IMG/VR virus record: IMGVR_UViG_3300049486_000009
Coordinates: 1-43,912 of that record
Length of the DNA stretch: 43,912 bases
Source of the DNA: a virus
Lineage: Duplodnaviria; Caudoviricetes
Direction: 5' to 3' (one strand)
Shown one piece after another: positions 9,551-18,593 of this stretch; the stretch's first letter is position 1; each line of letters begins with the position of its first letter. The notes under the pieces are model-generated. The model had not been told where the DNA came from. It searched no databases and saw only the letters and a program-made list of their open reading frames with translations. Position numbers and translations under genes: made by a program.

Positions 9551-9976
9551 TTATCTACTACGAGACGAACGAGACGAAGAACGACCAGACCGACCAGATG
9601 ACCGACTAGTCCTGCCACCACGTTTGGGTGGCTCATCATCCTCATCGTCATCGTCGTCACGAACCTTCCGTCGTCCTCTTTTGGGCTTCTCTTCCTCCTT
9701 CTCAGTTAGTTCGTAAATGCTGCCGTACAAGTCAGGTGCGTTACGCTTGTCAGAGGAGGATTGTCTCAGTGAGACACCCAGCTTAATCTTGCCCTCGTCT
9801 GTGAGTTCTAGCTCATCTCCATCTACTGCGTCTAGCAGATGTTCGATAAACTCAGGAGTTACCTCCAGGTAACCAGAGAACAACACGTCTCCTTTAGACC
9901 TCTCCCACAGTGCCATGTTCTGCCAGCCGAACTCTGGTTCACTGCTGCCCTTACCTTTACCACGTCTACTTGGCAT
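9551..9976 (-). CDS. Putative single-stranded DNA-binding protein (DUF736-like) with acidic and Arg/Ser-rich tail
   Basis: Beta-strand core (ALWE...FSGYLEV...LGVSL...DKRNAPDLYGSI) next to a Sak3-like gene; low-complexity C-terminus. Confidence 0.5.
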   Translation of the reverse strand: MPSRRGKGKGSSEPEFGWQNMALWERSKGDVLFSGYLEVTPEFIEHLLDAVDGDELELTDEGKIKLGVSLRQSSSDKRNAPDLYGSIYELTEKEEEKPKRGRRKVRDDDDDEDDEPPKRGGRTSRSSGRSGRSSSRSSRSR

Positions 9977-9978
9977 CT

Positions 9979-10815
9979 TTACTTCCTCCGACCGCGTAAT
10001 GGTAAACGACTACGAGATGCACCACGAGACGCACCACGAGCAGCACCGCGCGACGAACCGCGGCGTTGTACAGGTTCATCATCGTCGTCATCATCATCGT
10101 CATCCTCTGGCTCATCGTCGTCTTCGTCTTCGTCTTCTGGGTCTTCGTCATCGTCCAGTACCTCGTCTTCGTATTCTTCAGCCAATTTACGCTTCTCCTC
10201 TTTACCACGCTTAGGTCTCGCACCTAATTCAGCTTCTTCTAAATCCTCATCAGCAAGGCGAGCAAAGATGTTGAAGCCTATACCCGTGAAATACGCAATG
10301 CATTTAACAATGGCACGAGCCATGTTATCATTAATCTTTCTAGCGTCTGGGTCTACCTCCGCAGGCTTGATAGCACCCTTAGCATTCCCCATTACAGGAA
10401 ACCAGTGAATTTCTGTACACGCACCTGTGATGCTTTCTACTAAGCACACACCAATCATCGTGCCGCGTCCGTCCGGCAAATCTAACACTACATCCTTGAC
10501 GTGCTCCGTCTGAATACGGATGATTCGTGGGCTGAGCGTAGGGAAATGCATTTTGAGCAAGTACAGCGCATGAGCGATGTTCAGATAGTCGAAGTTCTTA
10601 AGTGACTTAATCATCTCCTCTGGAATTTCAAGCTTTGCCATCTCAGCAAACTTTTCTGCTGTTACAGTCAGCTTGCCAATCGGAGACCGAGTACCACCAA
10701 ATGTGTCGTCATCCCTGAATCCACTTGTTGGGATAGGATTGTACATTGATAACAGCTTGGTTTCTGCTGCGTCTAACTTTGGAGTATGCATACTCTTTTC
10801 AGTGTTGTCAGTCAT
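9979..10815 (-). CDS. Sak3/DUF1071-like single-strand annealing protein
   Basis: FDYLNIAHA, WFPVMGNAKGAI and INDNMARAIVKCIAYFTGIGFNIFA match the DUF1071 pattern (LPVMD..N.AI...IN....R.LVK.IA.FGLGL.IYA). Confidence 0.75.
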   Translation of the reverse strand: MTDNTEKSMHTPKLDAAETKLLSMYNPIPTSGFRDDDTFGGTRSPIGKLTVTAEKFAEMAKLEIPEEMIKSLKNFDYLNIAHALYLLKMHFPTLSPRIIRIQTEHVKDVVLDLPDGRGTMIGVCLVESITGACTEIHWFPVMGNAKGAIKPAEVDPDARKINDNMARAIVKCIAYFTGIGFNIFARLADEDLEEAELGARPKRGKEEKRKLAEEYEDEVLDDDEDPEDEDEDDDEPEDDDDDDDDDEPVQRRGSSRGAARGASRGASRSRLPLRGRRK

Positions 10816-10816
10816 A

Positions 10817-11203
10817 TTAGTCCTCCTTAGACTTCAATAAACGGTCAAATGATGCACTACCACGTACAGAACTACGACTCTTCTTAGAGCGTCTGTACGC
10901 AATCTGTAACGGCTTAGAAACGTCAATATTTCTAATAGATGCCTCCAACACGTACGCTGCCAGCTTAATCTCAGTAGATTGAATCCTCTGCCGCGCTTGC
11001 TGCTTTACGTACTGTGGGTCAGCCTGCTGTGTGAATAGAGCATCAAATTCGTTATCTGGGTCAAACTCACCAGTAGCGATAGTTACCTGCTCATCAATCT
11101 CTCTACAGTGCATCACAATAGTGTTGTAGAGGTGGTCATCGTCCATTGCTGAGATGGAAATGGTCTTTCCCTCTTTCGTCGTATGCATTTTGTGCAGTGT
11201 CAT
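10817..11203 (-). CDS. Hypothetical protein
   Basis: Tightly coupled ORF; HTTKEGKTISISAMDDDHLYN is a common phage N-terminal motif of unknown function. Confidence 0.7.
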   Translation of the reverse strand: MTLHKMHTTKEGKTISISAMDDDHLYNTIVMHCREIDEQVTIATGEFDPDNEFDALFTQQADPQYVKQQARQRIQSTEIKLAAYVLEASIRNIDVSKPLQIAYRRSKKSRSSVRGSASFDRLLKSKED

Positions 11204-11646
11204 CAGTTTAACTCCTTGTTTAAGTTATTCACAGCTTTGTACTGCTCCACACGAGCAGTAAGAATCATTGTCATATCTTCGTTCGTAAGTTCCTCCTGTC
11301 TAATGTAAAACTGTCTCTTCTCCTCTTCCCAGTGGTACACATATCCGCGCTCATCAAAATTTACAGCGAATATCTTACCATTTCTGAAGCTGTCTCCTGG
11401 GTGGAGGAGTGGTGATGACTCTGCTATTACAGCATTGTTGATGGCGTCCATGTACTGTAATAACTTATCAATCAGTATACTAATAGTGCTCATCTCTCTA
11501 GTCAACAGCGCACTAATAGCGTCTCTATTTTGCAGAGTTCTATTGTACCGTAGCGAGTCTGCTAGTTCATAACTCTTAGCTAATCTCGCTGCGTCTACTG
11601 CTTGTATTGTAGACCGCAGGAGAGGGATAATGGTTGTAGTCGTCAT
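11203..11646 (-). CDS. Hypothetical protein
   Basis: ORF with overlapping start/stop on both sides. Confidence 0.7.
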   Translation of the reverse strand: MTTTTIIPLLRSTIQAVDAARLAKSYELADSLRYNRTLQNRDAISALLTREMSTISILIDKLLQYMDAINNAVIAESSPLLHPGDSFRNGKIFAVNFDERGYVYHWEEEKRQFYIRQEELTNEDMTMILTARVEQYKAVNNLNKELN

Positions 11647-12227
11647 ACAGCAGAAATCTCCTTAAATTTGGCAATAAAGTCATGCATGGGTCTAGACCAG
11701 ATTATAGACGAAGACGCACTCTGGTAATGTACGATAGGTAAGTATGACTGCTCATGAATTCCCACACTAATGATAGTGTATGTGCCGCCTTTCTTCTTGT
11801 GTTCGTACATCTTTCCTTGTTTCACTGTACCAGGATTTAAGTAGCTAGGCTTAAAGTCATACTTATGTTCTACTTCATGCACCAAGTCGATAACGTAATC
11901 AAGACGAAAAGAGTCTAGACTGCAACTTCCGGTCTCATTAATCTCCTTTTCCTCTACAGTAACTAAGTATTTACCGTTACCGTTCTGACGGTACTCTATA
12001 ATCTCGTCCTTGTGGATATTAAATCCTTTACAAGGGAGATACGTGTAGCGCAGAATACTCTGTACCATTCTCAATTCAGATAGCACACGCATTTTATCGT
12101 CATCGTGTACAGGTGTAGGTTCATCCATCAAAATAGAATTAGGACTCAGCGTGCTTATAGGCACTACATTTCTGCAACTCATGTACACACCGCTAAGCAA
12201 TGTACTTAACTTCAAAAGTTTATCCAT
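11643..12227 (-). CDS. Protein with C-terminal DUF1653-like (SH3-fold) domain
   Basis: GKMYEHKKKGGTYTII...VHYQS...IWSRPMHDF; start set at ATG 12227 after an AAGGAG RBS. Confidence 0.65.
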   Translation of the reverse strand: MDKLLKLSTLLSGVYMSCRNVVPISTLSPNSILMDEPTPVHDDDKMRVLSELRMVQSILRYTYLPCKGFNIHKDEIIEYRQNGNGKYLVTVEEKEINETGSCSLDSFRLDYVIDLVHEVEHKYDFKPSYLNPGTVKQGKMYEHKKKGGTYTIISVGIHEQSYLPIVHYQSASSSIIWSRPMHDFIAKFKEISAV

Positions 12228-12228
12228 T

Positions 12229-14073
12229 TTATTCTCCTTTGGCGTCAAACCAATTACTACCAACCTCGAACTTAGCAGAGACAGGAACATAGAATTCGTC
12301 TGTCTTCAGTAAGTCATTTGTCGTAAACACATCAGTCAACAAATCAGCAATCTTCTTTGAGTGGTCTCTATGAACATAGAGTAAGTACTCATCATGCACG
12401 ACGAGGGCTGGTCTCACAAAATGGTAAGTGTAAGCGCCTAACTTGTACAACTCTGCGTCTGCTTTGAGTTGCAGCACTTTGAATAGAGACCCAGCAGTAC
12501 CCTGAATCACATAGTTAAGACCCTTCCTCAGACCGCTGGCGTAGACACCATGCTTATCAGACAGAATCTCAGGAATGACAATACTGCCACCGAAGAAGTC
12601 GTACATAACACCTTTGCCACGTACAAGTTCTTCCTCGATAATGTCCCGTAACTCAAACAGTTCAGGCACACGCTCTTCCATCGTCTCAAGGATAGCAGAT
12701 GCTTCTTTTGTAGACACACCCAGAGTTTGCGCTAACTTGTTACGTCCACCTCCGTATATGAAACAGAAGATTCCATTCTTCGCTTTCTTTCTCTCCACGC
12801 CCCATGCTTCAGCGTTGATACTGTGAATATCTTCACCGTTGCGGATAGCGTCAGCATATGTAGTCGCTCCTGTGAGAGCTTGCAGATAGAACGCAAGCAC
12901 TACAAGTTCGATTCTGTCTAAGTCACCCACTACCAAGTCGTACCCGTCTGGTGGCACAAACATCCTGCGGATAGTGGCACCTCTCTCGTCTCTCGCAGGA
13001 ATGTTCTGCAAGTTAGGTTCAGACGATGATAGTCTTCTGGTACGTGTCTGAAACTGATTCAGAGACCCGAACACTCTACCGTTTTTATTGTGCTTCTCAA
13101 TGACGTTAAAGAACTTGGTGAGCATCCCTTGATACTTGTTATGCTCAATAATCTTACCAGCAAGCGGGTACTTACTAGCAAGACCCTCGATAGTCTTGTT
13201 GTCACATTTCACCTTGCCACTAGGAGTGAAAGACGTAGGCTTCCATCCTAGACGCACGAAAGCATCAGCCACTTGTTGAGACGAGTTCAAGTTAATGAAG
13301 TCAACCTCACATCTGTCGTAATTACCTGCGTGGTGTCCTACGTAGATAGGTACATTGACCATCTTACCACCAATCATTTTCTTCTCATGGTGAGAGTACT
13401 TCTTGGTGTTATACGTAATCGTCCTACCAGGTATTGTCCCGACCTCCACGTTAATATCGTTACGCAGTTCTGCTACTCGCGCTTCATATTCAAACTGTAC
13501 CTCTCTGAATACTTGCATGTCCACGTACATACCGTTGTTTTCCATCTCAGAGATAAGCTCTCCGTATGGTAACTCAATATGACTGTAATACATCTCTGCT
13601 TCAGGCATGGTATCGAGCAAGTCCAGAAAGTACACAACGAGCTTGACACATATTAGCGCGTCTGTCTTGTTGTACTCTAAGAATTTCTCCTTGTTGACAG
13701 CAGACGGCATAATGAGCTTTTCCATGTCCACCAGAGGTGCAAGCTCACGTAAAGAGTGCTTCTCCATAGAGTCTGGGTATATCACGTAAGACAGGCACAT
13801 ACTGTCGTGCCACTTTATGTCACCTGGCATATTTAACGGAATGTCTACTCCGTTCGCCCTTAGTATCGGTACGTCAAAGTTCCCATTGTGGAAACAGAAT
13901 GTATGCTCTTTCAAAAGCTCGTTCAGCTTCTTGGGACTTTCTTCCTCGTCCCAGAAGGAAGTGTATATGGACTTCCCTCTGGGAGTGACGACCGACACAG
14001 AGATAATGTCAAGGTCAGTCTTACGACCACCCTGTACAATATCTTTCGTCTCTATGTCTACGCCTACGAGCAT
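12229..14073 (-). CDS. polA: Family A DNA polymerase with 3'-5' exonuclease (T7 gp5-like)
   Basis: Exo motifs DIET, FHNGNFD, YNKTD; TRRLSSSEPNLQNIP; motif A DLDRIEL; motif B RKKAKNGIFCFIYG; motif C VHDE. Confidence 0.97.
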   Translation of the reverse strand: MLVGVDIETKDIVQGGRKTDLDIISVSVVTPRGKSIYTSFWDEEESPKKLNELLKEHTFCFHNGNFDVPILRANGVDIPLNMPGDIKWHDSMCLSYVIYPDSMEKHSLRELAPLVDMEKLIMPSAVNKEKFLEYNKTDALICVKLVVYFLDLLDTMPEAEMYYSHIELPYGELISEMENNGMYVDMQVFREVQFEYEARVAELRNDINVEVGTIPGRTITYNTKKYSHHEKKMIGGKMVNVPIYVGHHAGNYDRCEVDFINLNSSQQVADAFVRLGWKPTSFTPSGKVKCDNKTIEGLASKYPLAGKIIEHNKYQGMLTKFFNVIEKHNKNGRVFGSLNQFQTRTRRLSSSEPNLQNIPARDERGATIRRMFVPPDGYDLVVGDLDRIELVVLAFYLQALTGATTYADAIRNGEDIHSINAEAWGVERKKAKNGIFCFIYGGGRNKLAQTLGVSTKEASAILETMEERVPELFELRDIIEEELVRGKGVMYDFFGGSIVIPEILSDKHGVYASGLRKGLNYVIQGTAGSLFKVLQLKADAELYKLGAYTYHFVRPALVVHDEYLLYVHRDHSKKIADLLTDVFTTNDLLKTDEFYVPVSAKFEVGSNWFDAKGE

Positions 14074-14075
14074 TA

Positions 14076-14414
14076 CTACTGCTCCTCGTCTTGAGAGTAG
14101 TATGCGTCTACGTCGTTCTCAGAGTACCTTAGAGACTCAGGATAGTCTGGGTCTTCAGATAAGACCACAGGATTCTTTTCCATATGCTCTAATGATGCAA
14201 GCTCAGTCTCAGATTTCGCATCCCATACGCGGTCACGTAAGTTCTCTAGCACTTTCTGCGTCTTATATAAAGATGCTATCCTAGCACGTAACGCTCCCAT
14301 CTCTGATTCAATAGACTTAATTTGCTCAGTCAATGCAACCAACATCGGTTGCACAGTACTGCCTTTCATGACGATACCATAGTTTTCATTTGGTTTGAAT
14401 AATTTACTGTTCAT
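14076..14414 (-). CDS. Hypothetical coiled-coil protein
   Basis: Coupled ORF; heptad pattern, acidic C-terminus. Confidence 0.65.
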   Translation of the reverse strand: MNSKLFKPNENYGIVMKGSTVQPMLVALTEQIKSIESEMGALRARIASLYKTQKVLENLRDRVWDAKSETELASLEHMEKNPVVLSEDPDYPESLRYSENDVDAYYSQDEEQ

Positions 14415-14631
14415 TCCTATCTCCTAGTGCATTTTCAAGCATAATGTAAACGTTCTTCAAGATTCTAGTGATGTCTCTTGCAGACTCTACAACTTTTGAG
14501 TAGTTGTCACTCTGAGGCATTGTAGCATATAGAGACTCAACATATGCCGCCTCTTCCGCAGAAGATTTTAGGTTATACCTAAGGGACTCCGCATCTTCAC
14601 GACTCAGTTCCAGTATTACTTTCTTTTGCAT
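14404..14631 (-). CDS. Hypothetical small helical protein
   Basis: Start set at ATG 14631 (MQKKVIL) after a GGAGG RBS. Confidence 0.6.
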   Translation of the reverse strand: MQKKVILELSREDAESLRYNLKSSAEEAAYVESLYATMPQSDNYSKVVESARDITRILKNVYIMLENALGDRNEQ

Positions 14632-14833
14632 TAGCAACTGCCTCCGACAATTCATTTACCAAACTTTGTAACTTACTGTGAGTAATCGCAACTCGCTCTC
14701 GCTTACCTGGAGTCATCTCGTCTAATAGAAGAGTGTTTTCTAAATTAGACACTATAACTCGCAGCACGATACTCAATTGCTCTGCTGTCTCTAAGTCACA
14801 CCTAAGCTCAATTTCGTTATTCATCATCTTCAT
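14597..14833 (-). CDS. Hypothetical small helical protein
   Basis: Overlapping ORF in operon with GAGG RBS. Confidence 0.6.
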   Translation of the reverse strand: MKMMNNEIELRCDLETAEQLSIVLRVIVSNLENTLLLDEMTPGKRERVAITHSKLQSLVNELSEAVANAKESNTGTES

Positions 14834-15077
14834 CCTCTTCTACTACTTCACAACGTGCGCGTTTTTCAGACACAGCAAAAGCTTTTTGTAATTCTGCAAT
14901 CGTAGCATGCTCATAGTTGACCCAAGCAGTTGAGTCGCCTTCTATAGGCTGACATTTCTTTAGAGCTTTACGAAGTTTATTAAGTGCCTCTGCTCTCTGA
15001 ACGACTAATGCTGTGAGGTACTCCCATTCACTAGGAGTAGTGATTAACACATGACGTACTTGACGCTTACTACTCAT
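14817..15077 (-). CDS. Hypothetical protein
   Basis: Overlaps the ligase stop; AGGAG RBS upstream. Confidence 0.65.
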   Translation of the reverse strand: MSSKRQVRHVLITTPSEWEYLTALVVQRAEALNKLRKALKKCQPIEGDSTAWVNYEHATIAELQKAFAVSEKRARCEVVEEDEDDE

Positions 15078-15912
15078 GGTTCTGCGCTCCTAAGTATTTA
15101 ATGAACACTGGTTGACACGGCGCGTTGAGGCTTCCTTGAATCTTGTGCTGAAACACGATGAAGTCACCACGCTGAATTGTAGTAAACAAGTGACGACGCT
15201 GGATGTCAGTAAAACCTGTACCCACATCAAACTCCGAGTCGAACTCGTCACAGACGCAGCGCAGAGACCCTACCTCTTTGTGAACTGTACCAGCATGAGT
15301 CACTAATGGTTTGATAGACACCACCCTAGCAATCTTCCTGTCCACAGCCTTTAACTTCAATGCCAATTGGTTCTTCATTGTGGCTCTACCAAATCGGTAG
15401 AAACCTTTAGGGTCACGCAACACTAGACCTTCTCCAAAGGGATACTCTTTGCTGAGTGTCTTATCAAATAGCGCACGTACACCTTTAGCGTCCTGAACCA
15501 AGTAGTTAGGCACAATCTCAATATGCTTCTTCCACTCAGCGTTAGGTGCAATAATTCTGTTGTACGTATCAACGAGGTCTTTCTGTCTATCCTCATAGTT
15601 CGCAGTATTAATGCAGTCAAACAGATAGTACTTCAGACCATCAATAGATGCGCTCTGCGCATTCAGCGTACCAGCACACTTCTGGGGTGAGTCGGACACC
15701 ACAATCTCACCGTCTAAACCAACAGGTAATCCTGACAGTAGACGGTTAACATGAACGTTACGAAACAACTTACCAGCTTTACTCGCTGGCACAGTCTTAG
15801 TCGTACTTACCTTGATGATGGCGCACCTAGCACCGTCAATCTTCTCAGTGACGTACAACGGGTAATGTAACTTGTCTAAATCATCTAGCAAAATCTGCAA
15901 CGGGTGCAGCAT
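15070..15912 (-). CDS. lig: Minimal ATP-dependent DNA ligase
   Basis: Motif I TEKIDGAR, III LDGEIV, IIIa YYLFD, IV EGLVLRDP, V LKLK, OB-fold FDVGTGFTD. Confidence 0.93.
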   Translation of the reverse strand: MLHPLQILLDDLDKLHYPLYVTEKIDGARCAIIKVSTTKTVPASKAGKLFRNVHVNRLLSGLPVGLDGEIVVSDSPQKCAGTLNAQSASIDGLKYYLFDCINTANYEDRQKDLVDTYNRIIAPNAEWKKHIEIVPNYLVQDAKGVRALFDKTLSKEYPFGEGLVLRDPKGFYRFGRATMKNQLALKLKAVDRKIARVVSIKPLVTHAGTVHKEVGSLRCVCDEFDSEFDVGTGFTDIQRRHLFTTIQRGDFIVFQHKIQGSLNAPCQPVFIKYLGAQNHE

Positions 15913-15938
15913 GGCTCCTCCTTATTACGACAGTAACT

Positions 15939-15967
15939 ATTATACCACACATTGACTTATTTGTCAA
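15939..15967 (-). promoter_or_regulatory. Consensus sigma70-type promoter for the ligase-polymerase operon
   Basis: TTGACA-17 nt-TATAAT with TGn extended -10, followed by AAGGAGG RBS and the ligase ATG. Confidence 0.9.
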
Positions 15968-16511
15968 CCCCCACTTTATCCAAATATTCCTGCAAAACAT
16001 GCAGATGTTTCGTGCTAATCGGCGCATATGGATAATTGTTCATACGTAACCAGTTAGCTAATGCAAGACCACTTATCTCAGACCCACCAATCTGATGGTT
16101 GCCCCTCAGCCACGCTCTGTCTACAACTTGCTTGTCAGACACCACAGGACACACCAAGTAATCTGCATACGGTATCTTCTCAATCCGTGGTATGATACCC
16201 TCCTCGTCTAACACTTCCAAGAAGTATTCAAACGCTGACTGCGCCTTGTCTGACATTTTCTCAGACACGAAGAAGCAGTACGGGTTATGCAAGATGCTAC
16301 GTGTACCGCCGACCTTAAGACGGTCAGCAGACAGCATCCTGCCCTTCACCTCTATGATAAGTCCTTTCTTACCATCCTTTGCAGGAAAGGAAAAGTCAGG
16401 CTTGTAGTTTATTGGAACGGAGAGTTTTACGGCTTCGTAATCCCAAACCACGCTTCGCATCTTTAGAAGTTGCAGCACGTTCTCTTCTATCAGGTTCTTG
16501 GTCGTACTCAT
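15957..16511 (-). CDS. Endonuclease I-like Holliday junction resolvase (T7 gp3-like)
   Basis: WDYE...YKPDF...LIIEVKG PD-(D/E)xK pattern; GAGG RBS inside the helicase 3' end. Confidence 0.8.
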   Translation of the reverse strand: MSTTKNLIEENVLQLLKMRSVVWDYEAVKLSVPINYKPDFSFPAKDGKKGLIIEVKGRMLSADRLKVGGTRSILHNPYCFFVSEKMSDKAQSAFEYFLEVLDEEGIIPRIEKIPYADYLVCPVVSDKQVVDRAWLRGNHQIGGSEISGLALANWLRMNNYPYAPISTKHLHVLQEYLDKVGVDK

Positions 16512-18087
16512 AATACCTCCTCATTTCTTCATCAAAGTACACTTTACTACTCAGCAGTTCACAGTCGTACACGCGTGACTTCTTCAGCACCTTGAGGTGT
16601 CTAATACCTTCCTTGCTGTCAATGTCACCGTCAAAACTGATAACACCTGTTACCTTCTGTCTAATAGCAGACCCACCACGCAGGTTAGACAGAGTGATGA
16701 CTCCTTCTTCCCCTACAGTGTGAGACACCAGAAACATCGCCACTGGTGGGCGTCTCTCCTCACGGTCTCCCTGAGCAATAGCATGAAGACGCGCAATAAT
16801 ATTTGCTGCTGTCTGCCAGTCAGTAAAATCTGTACTGATGTCAGACAGGACATCAATAAAAATCACTCTCGTATTATGTTGGTAAATCGCATTCAATATG
16901 CCCATATGCACCTTGTCAAAGTCACTGTACATATTAGTGTAAAACACGAACCTCTCGCACAGTTCCTCTAAGTACTCATCTACCTTCTCACGGCTGATAC
17001 TGTACTTACCTTCGTAACGCGTGTATCTCTTTCCGGCTTTGCGTTCGATGAACTTACGCATCATGAGGTTAGCATCCATCTCTGTGCCTATCCACAGAAT
17101 ACGCTCATCGTCTGGCATCTCCTCTGCCATATTCATTGCTACGTCTCTAGCAAACGTAGACTTACCTCTGCCAGTATGCCCCACTAATGCAAACACTTCA
17201 CCTAAGTGTAGACCACCACCCAGCATCTCGTCCAGTCCATCAAACCTAGTGCTGTACCCACTGAACGAATGGTCATCCTCAGCATACTGGATGAATGAGT
17301 CTCTCAGTTCATCACCTGTCAAAAGGTCGTTGATGTCTCCGACAGACGCACGAGACATCATCAGTCTGAACTGCTCTTTTGCCTTACCCGCCATCAGGAC
17401 ATCATTGAAGTCCTTAAAGCCACTGGGCATCCTCATGTGGTAGGTCTTATAGACAGGTAACTTCGCCTCAATATCAGCTCTGAGCTTATCACCCGCGTCA
17501 TCAGCATGAACGCAGATGTATATCTTGTCGAACCTCTCGCGCAACCACGCACTATGCTTAGCAATCAGTTTCTTGCCTGTGTCAGACCCAGGAAACCCCA
17601 GGTGTGTATAATGCGGATTAGTCTGGTACGCAGACCATGTGTCGGTCTCACCTTCCCACAGTATACATTCAGTGTGCTGCTTTGACACCATATGGAGACC
17701 GTACAACTCGATGTCCCCATCATACATTATCTCTTTAGACCCACTCTTCTTCTGCTCAGCAAAAGAGCGGTACTTGACCCCGACAAGTTCACGTTCCTTG
17801 TTGAAGTAAGGAATGACATACCACGTGGAGTCAACCTCTTGACCCACCTGAAATGATGTAAGCGTCTGTACACCTATGCCCTTTTCCATCAAGGCAACAT
17901 CCCTGACCTTCGGCAACTTGATAGACTTCACCAGCGTCTTTTGAAGTTTACCTTCTAAGTAACCGCATGCAAAGCACCACTTGTGACCGTCTTCATAGAC
18001 GTGCAGATTGTCACCCTTCGTATCATTGCCGTTGTCCCTGCACTTAGGACATACCTCACGAGATAACACCTTCATCTTCTGCCCCAT
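16396..18087 (-). CDS. Primase-helicase (T7 gp4/Twinkle-like)
   Basis: Zn ribbon CPKC...CFAC, TOPRIM ILWEGETD, FKDFND, Walker A GHTGRGKS, Walker B VIFID, LVSH and LRGGSAIRQ SF4 motifs. Confidence 0.95.
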   Translation of the reverse strand: MGQKMKVLSREVCPKCRDNGNDTKGDNLHVYEDGHKWCFACGYLEGKLQKTLVKSIKLPKVRDVALMEKGIGVQTLTSFQVGQEVDSTWYVIPYFNKERELVGVKYRSFAEQKKSGSKEIMYDGDIELYGLHMVSKQHTECILWEGETDTWSAYQTNPHYTHLGFPGSDTGKKLIAKHSAWLRERFDKIYICVHADDAGDKLRADIEAKLPVYKTYHMRMPSGFKDFNDVLMAGKAKEQFRLMMSRASVGDINDLLTGDELRDSFIQYAEDDHSFSGYSTRFDGLDEMLGGGLHLGEVFALVGHTGRGKSTFARDVAMNMAEEMPDDERILWIGTEMDANLMMRKFIERKAGKRYTRYEGKYSISREKVDEYLEELCERFVFYTNMYSDFDKVHMGILNAIYQHNTRVIFIDVLSDISTDFTDWQTAANIIARLHAIAQGDREERRPPVAMFLVSHTVGEEGVITLSNLRGGSAIRQKVTGVISFDGDIDSKEGIRHLKVLKKSRVYDCELLSSKVYFDEEMRRYYEYDQEPDRRERAATSKDAKRGLGLRSRKTLRSNKLQA

Positions 18088-18581
18088 ACGGCATCACCCC
18101 TTCTAATTGTTTGCTTTAACGGAAATGCAACCATCATGACGCGGTTATACTGGTCTTGAATTTCCCTGTACGTTTTGTTGTCAGGGAACCCTTCTCTATA
18201 GACACCGTGCTGCGTCACATACTTAAGGTACCTTATTCCCTCTAGGTCTAGAGATTGAAGATACCCAACACCAACCATATCTCTCTCAAGAGCAGTACTA
18301 CTATTGAGACTGATATTAAAAACGTGAACACCCAGAAACTTGACTGCATTTTGCTCCTCCTCGTCTAACCAAACTACTCTACTGTACCCAGTTCGTAACG
18401 CTGCCTTTGCTTCAAGACACCGCACTAGGTACTTACCGTCATTACACAAAAATGTATCATGCCGCTTAGCATCATACAGTTCTTGCAGCACATCTTTTCC
18501 ATGCTTCTTAGGAAAGACGGTGAATACTTGTCTCGAGAACAACTTCACCGTCTCAACATGAACGTTAGTTTTCTGAATCAT
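18072..18581 (-). CDS. Hypothetical protein
   Basis: ORF in operon orientation, overlapping the primase start. Confidence 0.65.
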   Translation of the reverse strand: MIQKTNVHVETVKLFSRQVFTVFPKKHGKDVLQELYDAKRHDTFLCNDGKYLVRCLEAKAALRTGYSRVVWLDEEEQNAVKFLGVHVFNISLNSSTALERDMVGVGYLQSLDLEGIRYLKYVTQHGVYREGFPDNKTYREIQDQYNRVMMVAFPLKQTIRRGDAVWGRR

Positions 18582-18593
18582 AACAGTCTACCG

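Noticed and set aside
9839-10408. Plus-strand 189-aa ORF with poly-Ser
   Set aside because: Antisense shadow of the GAT/GAC poly-Asp tail of the Sak3-like gene; wrong strand for this block and no RBS.
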